From assembly GCA_964016885.1 (NCBI GenBank), contig OZ024740.1:216318001-216382000 (forward strand): 64,000 bases of DNA, written 5' to 3'. Positions 1-9,069 of the stretch are shown here, piece by piece. A program made the translations under genes and the position numbers. Position 1 is the first letter of the stretch; each line of letters starts with the position of its first letter. Source of the stretch: Eledone cirrhosa. Its lineage: Eukaryota. The notes under the pieces are model-generated. The model was not told where the DNA came from, did no database searches, and saw nothing but the letters and a program-made list of their open reading frames with translations.

Positions 1-569
1 CTACTTCACATATATAGTCTGGTAAAAAAAATTTTTTTTGGAATGACATACAATTAATTTGAATAAAATGGTGCTTCTCTTTCCTTGATGCTTTAAACAT
101 GAACTAATTTTGCTTGGTCAAAATACAGATCCATACAAGCAAGATGTGGTCTCCTGACTTGTCTCATAATGTATCGGCCCATCTAACCTGTGCAAGTATA
201 GAAAATGGATGTTAAACAGTGATGATGATTTATTAAAATATGTCTCTCTCTCCCCCTCTTCCCGTCTCTCACACACACACAAATTTGCACTAATTAAACA
301 CCATATACACAATGTCAAATATACTTTCTGTATTTGTGACCAGATTCTAAATCAATTGATACAGAATTAATTTTGGGCAACTAGTATCTGAATAACACAG
401 TATACATTCTAAAGAACTGAACACTTGTATCTGCTCACAGGCTGGGTAGAAAGAAACTCCCTATTTAAAATTGTTAATAACTTTATTAATTAGTGGTCAG
501 TTTTTGTAAAACATGTTATATTTTGAACAGTATAATGGTAGAAGTACAGTACAGAGTTAAAATTTTACA

Positions 570-900
570 ATGGTACCAGTGTTTGTAATTGTTTGAGTTT
601 ATCCTCGATTGACTTCATCAGGAACTCAGGTGATATGTTTGTCAGTATATGATAAATGTGTTCCTCGAATTGAGTCAGAAGTTTTGGTTTTGAGCTATAA
701 ACTTCTAGTTGGCCTTTCATATGGACCTCGACTATCCAGTCAACATTCTGGAAATTGGACATCAAGCCACTCATTGACAGTGTGTGCAAAATGAGGAGGG
801 GGTTCCATCTTGCAAGAATATGAGGTCATATGAGGACATTGTCCCAAGTGATCACAGTAGGCCAAATATCTTGCAGCCTGGTTAAGAGTTTCTTTCCACC
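570..900 (-). pseudogene. Degenerate Tc1/mariner-superfamily transposase fragment (DDE C-terminal part)
   Basis: Minus-strand translation across frameshifts and stops gives FLQDG..PHFAHTVNEWLDVQFPEC*LDSRGPYERP...EVYSSKPKLLTQFEEHIYHILTNISPEFLMKSIED. This resembles the FQQDGAPPH..VREWL..FP..WIGR.GP..WP motif and the downstream helix of mariner-like transposases. Confidence 0.75.
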
Positions 901-1059
901 CATCTTGTATATGTGTGTGTCTACTAAATTCTCTTCAAAGATCTTGCTTTATACTTTGTAAAGTAGAAAGTAATTCTTATTAGTGGGAGGAGTAACTTAA
1001 GAGTTCTTTGTTAAACATGTTGAACAAGAAAGGTTTTTGCTGTGGTAGAGCCATGTGTT

Positions 1060-1190
1060 TGATAGTGGTGGTAGTAGTAGTAGTGGTGGTGGTTGTGGTA
1101 GTAGTAAGTTGTGGTAGTGGTGGTGGTAGTAGTAGTGGTGGTTGTGGTGGCAGTAGTGGTAGTAGTAAATTGTAGTAGTGGTGGTATTTG
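1060..1190. repeat. (GTA/GTG)n trinucleotide microsatellite
   Basis: Seen directly; explains the spurious poly-Thr/Pro ORF at 980..1216. Confidence 0.9.
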
Positions 1191-1589
1191 CTGTTGCTTT
1201 TGTTTAACTCAGCCATGAATATCCTCAGTTTTGTTTAACTCAGCCATGAATATCCTCAGTTTGTTTTCTTGGACTGCATATTCCAGTGTATCCTAGGTAT
1301 GATTTGTCTGCTTTTTCTAGCAGATCTACCAACCACATACACCCCAGCCATGACTCTATATTGTCTGCTATTTCTAGCAGATCCACCTACCACCTACCCT
1401 CTAGTCATGACTCTATCTTGTTCTTGTTAATGATAATGACATTGTAAATGTTATTTCTAACTTTTTTAATAAATCTTTTACTTTCCTTGTTTCAACATTT
1501 TAAATTTTTCCTGTTTATTTTTGTTATTTCTGTCGTTTTTTTCTAGTTTCTGGTTAAAAAAACTTTCCTTTCGACTTTTGTCATCAATT

Positions 1590-2161
1590 TCTTATCTTCT
1601 TTTCTTTCTCCCCCTCTCTCACTCACTCTGTCTGTCTTGTTCCCCTCTCTCTCTCTCACTCTCCCTTCTGCTCTCTCTTTCTTCTGTTCTCTCTCACTCT
1701 CTCTTCCACTCTCTTTCTCTCTCTTCTGTTCTCTCTCTCTCTCTCTCTTCTGCTCTTTCTTTCTTCTGTTCTCTCTTCTCTCTCTCTCAACTTGCTCCTT
1801 TTTCTCTCTTCTGTCCTCTCTCTCTATCTGTCTCTCCCGCTCTCCTTCCTACTCTCTTTCTCCCTCTCTCTCTCTCAGTATGTGTGTGTAACTCCACTTT
1901 ATTCCCTCTCCTTTTATCTTTATCTCTCTTCTGCACCCCCCCTTCATCACCACCCTACTTCCTTTCCTATCTCCACTTTCTTCTCTCCTGTTTTATGTCT
2001 CTTTCCAACACACCTGTCTTTCCCTCCCTCCTTGTCCCCTCTTCTGCACCTACACCAACATTCACTTTCCATGTCACTGTTAACGCAACGCTTATTGTTG
2101 TTGATTCAATTAGAAAAAAAACAAGGTAGCTCTTGGGTTGTTTTTCAACTAACAATTATTT

Positions 2162-2219
<58 letters not shown>

Positions 2220-2259
2220 AAAGACATAGATATATACATACATACTTCATATATACATG

Positions 2260-2293
<34 letters not shown>

Positions 2294-2369
2294 TGTATGT
2301 GTAATGTATCTATGTATATATGATGTATATATCTATGTATATATCTATATATCTATGTATCTATGTGTT

Positions 2370-2405
<36 letters not shown>

Positions 2406-2420
2406 CCAATCTATATAGTT
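1590..2420. repeat. CT-rich low-complexity tract followed by (TG)n/(TA)n/(CA)n microsatellites
   Basis: Seen directly; the overlapping Leu/Ser-rich ORFs are compositional artefacts. Confidence 0.9.
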
Positions 2421-3123
2421 TTATATAAATACCCTTAAAATATCTTTTCTCGTTTGTTGTCAACCCCCCCCCCTCCTCCCATTATTGGTTTATCTTTGTC
2501 GTTTCAGTTGTTGCCTTTTTGTTTGTTTCATCTATTGTACATATTCTCTTTTGCTCTTTCAGTGAAACAGTCCTATTCTAGTGCACCGCCTTCCTTTGCG
2601 TGTGTCACTATATATATATAGAAAGTTTGGTTCAGTTTAGTTTATTTTAGTTAGATGGTGGGGAAGAGAGGCCGGGACAGCAGCCGTGAATAAGGAGAAA
2701 AAGATGGGTGGGCAGTTTGTATAGAAACGACCACAATACCATTATTTCATGAGGTCCAATGAATGTCAAAAGAAGAATCTAGAGATGTCTGTGACGAGGT
2801 GAACGAGACACATGTATGGCCCGTCTATGATCGTTTCTTGTTATTTTACTTCAAATATTTTTTCTTTAGCCTCTCGTCTTCAATGTATTTTCGTTTCCCT
2901 TAAACAGGCGACTGAGTGCAGGTGCGGTTGTGGTTGTCCAAACTAAACTTCCTTTTTACGTTTCAACACCCGATATAAAGCAACCGTGTTATACTACTAT
3001 TTTCTTTTACTACCCTTCTCTATTCATTTTTTTTCTTTCTTTGCTCTGTCTATCATTCATAAGTTTCGTACATTCGAACCCTCAGTACATCCAGCTAGTT
3101 TATAACTAAATACTATCTATATA

Positions 3124-3466
3124 TGGAGGCACATGGCTTAGTGGTTAGAGCATTGGCCTTGCAATCGAAAGGTTGTGAGTTCAATTCTCAGACTGGGTGA
3201 TGTGTTGTTTCCTTGAGCAAGACACTTTATTTCACATTGCTCCAGTTTACTCAGCTGTAGAAATGAGGTGATAGGGACTGGGGTCCATATCATTCCACTG
3301 TAGAGTGGTCGTGGAGGTGCCACGGCAAAAAAGCACCCAGCACTCACTGTAAATGAGGTTGGTGTTAGGAAGGGCATCCAGCTGGAGAAATCAAGCCAGC
3401 ATCAGTTCCCGTCCCACCCTTGCAAGCAGGGAAAAAGTGGACGTAAAATGAAATGATGATGATGAT
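3124..3466 (+). mobile_element. tRNA-derived SINE family A (CORE-like body, RTE-derived 3' tail)
   Basis: A box TGGCTTAGTGG, B box GAGTTCAATTC, body TCCTTGAGCAAGACACTT, tail GGTTGGTGTTAGGAAGGGCATCCAGCTG...GGACGTAAAATGA then (TGA)n. Several near-identical copies occur in the window. Confidence 0.9.
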
Positions 3467-3894
3467 CTGAAACATAATGTGGTTGTATGTGTATCATCAT
3501 CATCATCATCATCATCAACGTTTAACGTCCGTGTTCCACGCTTGCATGGGTTTGGACGGGGGTACTCCCACTTGAGGCAAGAGTGATTGTCTTGCTCGCA
3601 TAGGACTGTCTGGCAGGTTTTCTACAGTTGGATGCCCTTCCTAACACCAACCACATTTACAGTGTGGGTCTGGGAGGTTTTTACCGTGTTGCCTACACGG
3701 CCACATTACAGCGTGGACTGTGTGTTTTTTTGTCGTGACACCTACACGATCTCATTTGTTTCGGCCTCGATGGCGCGGCACCAACATAACTTTACATAGA
3801 ACGGGGTGGTGTGGATCGGGTGGGGGTGGGGGTGGTGGGACGGGGTGTATTTTGTTAGAGATGCCTACTGGCTGGAGTAGGTTTTACTATATAT

Positions 3895-6800
3895 TTAGGT
3901 AAGGCGGGTCTTCTCTGTTACTGAGTACCGCCAAAGGTCTCGGTCCAGTGACATTGTCTTGGAGAGGTGTAAGTGTGTGATGTCGGAGTTTATCAGCTCG
4001 TCCCAGGTTTTTCTAGGTCTGCCTATTCCGTGACTACCGTCTATCTTTATTGCCCTGCACTTTGTTATACAGCTATCGACTTTCATGCGCATCACGTGTC
4101 CATACCAACGTAGCCTTCTCTCGAGTAAACAACATCTGATCCCTCTTATCTCTAATTTTTTCCTTAGTTCGTTTATGCTTTGCCGTTCACGTATATTACA
4201 GTTACACATCCAGCGGAGCATGCAAGCTTCGTTCCTCTCTAGTCTGCGTATATCCTCTGCACACAATGCCCAGGTCTCACTGCCATGCAGCATTGCTGTT
4301 CGTATGCAGGCATCGTACAACCTGCCTTTCATTTTTAGTGAGAACCCTTTAGCAGCTAATAGTGGTATAAGCTCTCTGAACTTTTTCCAACCAGTTCTGA
4401 CTCTAGCTACAGTACTTTCAGAGCACCCTCCCCCACTGCTGATTTTATCGCCCAGGTAACGGAAGCTGTCCACTATTTCTATAGAACCCTCTGCGCAATT
4501 GAAAGAGCTAGTAGTTTGTGGGCACTTGCTGCTACTTATTGCACCAGAGCACCGGCCACATGTAAAATCTATGTTCTTAGTTAGCTTACCTGTGATCCCA
4601 CTACATCTTTTATGCACCCATACTTTGCATTTAGGACATAAAATGGAGTTTCTACCTACGCCTTTCCTACACACCGAGCACGACCATTTCCCAGAAGGGA
4701 CCGCCGCCTTGTTTTCTTTCCTACAAACTAGTACTTTGGTCTTAGCCAGGTTAATTTTAAGTCCTTTTGACTCTAGGCCGTGCTTCCATGTTTGGAATTT
4801 CTTCTCTAGCTCGGCCATTGATTCCGCTATGAGTGTCAGGTCGTCTGCGTATAGGAGTTCCCATGGGCAGCCTGTCTTGAACTCCTCTGTTATAGCCTGA
4901 AGGGCAATAATAAATAGTAGTGGGCTGAGAACAGAGCCCTGATGGACGCCAACTTTTACGCTAAACTCTTCACTATATTCGTTGTTAATTCTAACCTTGC
5001 TGACTGTTTCTTTATACATGGCTTGTATAGCCCTCACAAGCCATTCGTCAACGCCTAGTTTTCTAAGAGCCCACCAGATAATGGAGCGGGGGACTCTGTC
5101 GAAGGCTTTCTCCAAGTCGACAAAAGCTAAGTAGAGGGGTTTACCTTTAGCTAGGTACTTCTCCTGTAGTTGTCGTACTATGAAAAGAGCGTCTGTGGTA
5201 CTTTTGCCTGACACAAACCCGAACTGCATTTCATCTAGGTCAATTCTCTCTCTGATTAGTTGCGCTATTACTTTTTCCGTGACCTTCATGACCTGGTCGA
5301 TTAATTTAATGCCTCTATAGTTACTCCTATCTAGGGCGTCTCCTTTACCCTTATAACAGTTAACGATGATGCTGCTATGCCAGTCCTTCGGAACAACCCC
5401 ATTCTGTACGACTTGGTTAACTATGCGGGTGACCATGGTGTGTCCCACCGTGCCAGATGCCTTCAGCATCTCAGCAACTATTTCCGAAGGCCCAGCCGCT
5501 TTACCCGTCTTCATATCCTTGATTGCCTTACTTATTATACTCCCCTCGACTAACACTGCTGGTCCCTCTATTGGGTCGATATGGGGGAGACTGCCTTTCT
5601 CCCAATTATTCTCCTCATTTAGTAGCCTTTCATAGTGACACTTCCAAGCTACCTTCTTATCAGCGTCGGTGATGGCAAGTGTGCCATCGTCGTTTACTAC
5701 ACACTTCTCCCCGACAATATCACGGTTTTCCTTGACGCATTGCCTAGCAATCCTGAACACCTCACGTTTTTGGTCATCGCGTTGTAGAACATGCTTGAAC
5801 TTTCTTTCCTCAGCTTCCCTTCTTGCTAAGTACACTTGTCTCCTAGCTTCCCTCCTGGCCACTTGATAGTCCTCTCTACTTCCCCCATCCCGCCATACTT
5901 TCCAAGCCTGCTTTTTGGCCTTAATTGACCCCTCCACCTTACTGTTCCACCACCATGTTACTCTCCTCCTGCCTACAGGCCTGCTCCAGCCACAGACTTC
6001 GTCTGTCGCCAACAGCAGCTTTGCTTTCAGAAATTCCCACTCTCCCTCTATATTGTCCGACTCTAAATGTTCTTCCTTACTGTCGAAAGCATCAAGTAAT
6101 ATGCTTTGAAATTTATTCCTGGCTGTGGGGTCCTTTAGCTTCCATATTTTCCTCCTGAGGATAGTCCTCTTCTGTTGTCGAGTACGTCTCGTCCTGACTA
6201 TGAGGTCGCTAATTATCAGTCTATGTTGGGAGGTGCATTCTTCATGGGGGAGGGATTTAGTGTTTACAACAGACACTCTGTCACGTCTTCTGGTAAGGAT
6301 ATAATCTACCTGGCTTGTGTGTTCCCCGGATCTATAGGTGATCAGGTGATTGTCACGTTTTTTGAAGTTAGTGTTACAGATAGTTAGGTTATTTGCATCA
6401 CAGAATTCCAGGATTCTGGAGCCTTCCTCATTTCTAGTACCAAACCCATAGCCTCCATGGATTTCGTCGTAGCCGTCACAATGTTGTCCAACGTGACCAT
6501 TTAGGTCGCCTGCGATAATTATATAGTCACTGTCGGATATTTGGGAGGTAGTTAGCATCAGTGTCTCATAGAATCTGTCTTTTATAGTGCCGGGCAGTCC
6601 CGATTGGGGTGCGTACGCAGATATTACTGTCACCGTAGTTCTATTGAGGACAAGTCGTATTTTAATTATTCTGTCGTTCACTCTATTTACGTCTATTATC
6701 TTATCTGCCCACTTTTCTGCTACCATGATTCCTACTCCACCCAGCCCATCGTCGTTTCCCACCCAGAAAAGCTTATAACATCGTTTTTTACCCTCAATGA

Positions 6801-7065
6801 ACCTAGCAGACCCACCCCTCCACCTGGTCTCTTGAATACAACAAACATCGACCTCCTTACGTTCAAGCATTTCTACAACCTCGTTAGCGCGACCCTTTAG
6901 GGTGCCTACATTTATGGTACCAACTCTGAAGTTTTTGATTGCGTTTGGGGGTTGGGGGCGGTGGGGGGCGGGGGGCGATGGGGTTATGTTAGCCGTCCGC
7001 GGTCGAAACAATGAGGAGTGCTCGCATTCTCGTCCAAGAGGTGAATTTGTCTTTATCTTTGGCAT
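3895..7065 (-). CDS. RTE LINE polyprotein: apurinic-like endonuclease + reverse transcriptase with internal PHD finger (1056 aa)
   Basis: APE motifs GTINVGTL, CIQETRW, SAYAPQ, GDLNGHVG, QVDYIL, SQHR. RT motifs QFGF, AFVDLEKAFDRV, GVHQGSVLSPLLF, LLYADD, FRYLG. RTE-type C-terminus AMLHGSETW...RRLRWYGHVMR..GRPRKTW. No internal stops. Confidence 0.96.
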   Translation of the reverse strand: MPKIKTNSPLGRECEHSSLFRPRTANITPSPPAPHRPQPPNAIKNFRVGTINVGTLKGRANEVVEMLERKEVDVCCIQETRWRGGSARFIEGKKRCYKLFWVGNDDGLGGVGIMVAEKWADKIIDVNRVNDRIIKIRLVLNRTTVTVISAYAPQSGLPGTIKDRFYETLMLTTSQISDSDYIIIAGDLNGHVGQHCDGYDEIHGGYGFGTRNEEGSRILEFCDANNLTICNTNFKKRDNHLITYRSGEHTSQVDYILTRRRDRVSVVNTKSLPHEECTSQHRLIISDLIVRTRRTRQQKRTILRRKIWKLKDPTARNKFQSILLDAFDSKEEHLESDNIEGEWEFLKAKLLLATDEVCGWSRPVGRRRVTWWWNSKVEGSIKAKKQAWKVWRDGGSREDYQVARREARRQVYLARREAEERKFKHVLQRDDQKREVFRIARQCVKENRDIVGEKCVVNDDGTLAITDADKKVAWKCHYERLLNEENNWEKGSLPHIDPIEGPAVLVEGSIISKAIKDMKTGKAAGPSEIVAEMLKASGTVGHTMVTRIVNQVVQNGVVPKDWHSSIIVNCYKGKGDALDRSNYRGIKLIDQVMKVTEKVIAQLIRERIDLDEMQFGFVSGKSTTDALFIVRQLQEKYLAKGKPLYLAFVDLEKAFDRVPRSIIWWALRKLGVDEWLVRAIQAMYKETVSKVRINNEYSEEFSVKVGVHQGSVLSPLLFIIALQAITEEFKTGCPWELLYADDLTLIAESMAELEKKFQTWKHGLESKGLKINLAKTKVLVCRKENKAAVPSGKWSCSVCRKGVGRNSILCPKCKVWVHKRCSGITGKLTKNIDFTCGRCSGAISSSKCPQTTSSFNCAEGSIEIVDSFRYLGDKISSGGGCSESTVARVRTGWKKFRELIPLLAAKGFSLKMKGRLYDACIRTAMLHGSETWALCAEDIRRLERNEACMLRWMCNCNIRERQSINELRKKLEIRGIRCCLLERRLRWYGHVMRMKVDSCITKCRAIKIDGSHGIGRPRKTWDELINSDITHLHLSKTMSLDRDLWRYSVTEKTRLT
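4549..4680 (-). other. PHD-type zinc finger (C4HC3) coded within the RT region
   Basis: CSVC-x10-CPKC-x4-H-x2-C-x14-CGRC (aa ~796-839), with the PHD-typical W two residues before the His. Confidence 0.85.
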
Positions 7066-7169
7066 TGTCGCTGAGCGTCCAGATTTTTCTCTCTCTCACC
7101 TCCACTCTCCAGGATTCCGCAGTCCATCCATCCATCATATATCGAAAGGCAACCAGGCAAGCGATAGTA

Positions 7170-7450
7170 TAGGCCTCTGGTTTCTGATTGGTCCGCGTAA
7201 TAATACTGGTGATGCGTGGGGGCTCTGTTTTATGATTGGTCCACGTAATGGCAATGGTGGTGCGTGGGGGTGGGAGGGAGGGGTGTTGGGTAGCTAGCAA
7301 GAAGGTAATGATTGAATGGGGTCCTTGCATTTAACAAGCGATTAACAAAAATACAAAATTTGTTCTGTTGAATACGCCCAAAAACTTTCGTATTTAACAA
7401 TTAATAGAAACAGAAAATGTAGTTTGTTTTAGCGATAGATTGGCTATTTG
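7170..7450 (-). promoter_or_regulatory. Candidate internal Pol II promoter of the RTE element (CCAAT boxes)
   Basis: TGATTGG (CCAATCA on minus) at 7185-7191 and 7233-7239 within a ~48-bp tandem duplication, plus AGATTGGCTA near 7438. Confidence 0.35.
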
Positions 7451-7595
7451 GACTTGATACGAAATATGGATTGTTTTGAAAATACGCTAGAATTAAGATT
7501 TGTGGAGGGAGAGAAATGAAATCCGTACATTACGTTACATGAATATCGTGGATAGAGACAGCAAGCAATGAAATTTGGCGAAGAGAATTCCTATC

Positions 7596-7629
<34 letters not shown>

Positions 7630-7816
7630 GGGGGGGGTGGCCGCATGATGGCTGTGTGTGTGTTAGGCGATTGACCGCCCCGTGCCTTCGAAGAAGGAAG
7701 AAGGAAAGGATTTTGTTTTTTTGTTTTGAAGATACGCTAGAATTAGGGATTGAGGTTTGAAAATACGTTAGGAATTAAGGTTTGAAAATAGCTAGCAAGA
7801 AGGTAATGATTGAATG

Positions 7817-7867
<51 letters not shown>

Positions 7868-7869
<2 letters not shown>

Positions 7870-8036
7870 CGAAGGGAGTGTGGTAAGAAACCAGATGGAC
7901 CATAATGCACCAGAGTACTCGATACTTAGGGTAGTAGAGTGGGTAATAGGAAAAGAGTCAGGACCCCGAAAGCTGAGCTCTGGCCGTTTTCGAAACGGCC
8001 GGAGCTGAGCTGTCGGGGTCCTGACTCTTTTCCTAT
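7868..8036. mobile_element. Penelope-like pseudo-LTR remnant with ~90-bp fold-back palindrome (7946-8036) and 3' half of a hammerhead
   Basis: ATAGGAAAAGAGTCAGGACCCCG...CGGGGTCCTGACTCTTTTCCTAT, with centre GGCCGTTTTCGAAACGGCC. GAAAC-GGC..GCT-GTC resembles stem III. The tail resembles 51843-51920. Confidence 0.55.
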
Positions 8037-8094
8037 ATATATATATATCACATAAGAAACGGAGAATCAGTGTTGTGACGAGTAAAATTTATTA

Positions 8095-8189
8095 GACATA
8101 TTACAATCATTTCTCTGGCGACCAGATCGAGGTACGATCGATGTAATGAGCGAACCTGACTCTGAAATCGCAAGGTCCTCAGATACGTC
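8095..8189 (-). ncRNA. Type I hammerhead ribozyme motif with long stem II (Penelope-like LTR)
   Basis: Minus strand reads GACGUAU-CUGAGGA-C CUUGCGA..(~45 nt)..UCGCCAG A-GAAA UGAUUG UA/AUAUGUC, then AAUAAA. Stem I is 7 bp, and stem III looks like CpG-decayed GAAACGAUCGUA. Confidence 0.7.
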
Positions 8190-8253
8190 TCAATTCTACG
8201 AAGCAGAGTTTCCAGTATATATACATATATATATATATACACATATATATATA

Positions 8254-8301
<48 letters not shown>

Positions 8302-8369
8302 AATAATTAAATGTCTCTTTCACTCACTGTCACCGTCTCTCTTGCTCTCCCCATTTTTCATTATTATAA

Positions 8370-8546
8370 GGATTGGCAGTGTCGGACGCCATGCTTTGAC
8401 GCAAAGAGTTACAGCCCTTTCCATTCTGAGTTCAAATCCCGCCGAGGTTAACTTTGCCTTTCAGCCTTACGGGGTCGATAAAATAAAGTACCAGTAATAC
8501 ACTGGGTAATTGCTGGCCTTGTTCCAAAAGGAGAAACAATTATTAT
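8370..8546 (+). mobile_element. SINE family B (tRNA-like head, Nin/Deu-type core)
   Basis: GAGTTCAAATCCCGCC B box, then GCCTTTCAxCCTTACGGGGTCGATAAAATAAAGTACC core and (ATT)n tail; more than 10 copies in the window. Confidence 0.85.
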
Positions 8547-8598
8547 AAAGAAATTTTTTTATATGTGGACCCATGCGCTTGCCGCCCCGCGGCTCTGA

Positions 8599-8823
8599 TT
8601 AACACAAAATAGAGAAGGCATTTCCCCGGAGGATAGTGAGGAATACTCGTTGGAAGAGCCATTCCAGCTCAGGAGACTCACACCTGCAGGTAGCCAAATC
8701 TGTGGTGAGTAGGGAAGTGGTCCTATGGACAAGGACATCAGAAGTCTCCACTGTTAGGGGCTCAACTGCCAACCTGTCGGAGAGTGACTGATATTTGGAG
8801 AGTTTACATTCCTCGGCCGAAGA
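8599..8823 (-). pseudogene. 3' fragment of CRE-like (RLE-type) non-LTR retrotransposon
   Basis: Translation SAEECKLSKYQSLSDRLAVEPLTVETSDVL...LEWLFQRVFLTILRGNAFSILC* resembles the AE..K..KY..L...P.AVET.G...LFQR.S.AI.RGNA terminus of CRE-clade elements. Confidence 0.7.
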
Positions 8824-9069
8824 GCAACTGAAATGAAATATTTGTTAGACAAGTTTATATAGTTTAAGTCTCCTCCTTCTTCTTCTTCTTCTTCTTCTTC
8901 TTTAGACATGTTCTTACCCAATTCTGTGTATGTCTATATGCACAGACACTGGTCTGGCCTTATGAGGTGTGGGGTCCCTCATTGATATATATATAATTAC
9001 CTTAATTTCATAGCCTGATTGTGTGTGTATGTCTATATATATAGAGAGAGAAAGAGATGACAAATTATA

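Larger units (their letters stand above)
3494..7816 (-). mobile_element. Apparently full-length RTE-clade non-LTR retrotransposon (LINE)
   Basis: Single long APE-RT ORF, ~400-bp 3' UTR ending in (TGA)n, and a CpG-containing 5' region. The 5' boundary is uncertain (7317 or 7816). Confidence 0.9.

Noticed and set aside
3124-3195. tRNA gene (also the heads of the other SINE A and B copies)
   Set aside because: A and B boxes are present but the cloverleaf is incomplete and runs on into SINE body and tail.
4085-7297. Multiple + strand ORFs overlapping the RTE ORF
   Set aside because: Antisense shadows of the coding strand with no recognisable domains.
7630-7700. Possible HDV-like ribozyme in the RTE 5' leader
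   Set aside because: Only a GGCG-loop-CGCC hairpin followed by UAA; I could not build P1/P2/P3/L3.
3484-7824. TSD of the full-length RTE (TGTATGT at both ends)
   Set aside because: Lies in low-complexity TA/TG sequence, so the match is not significant.
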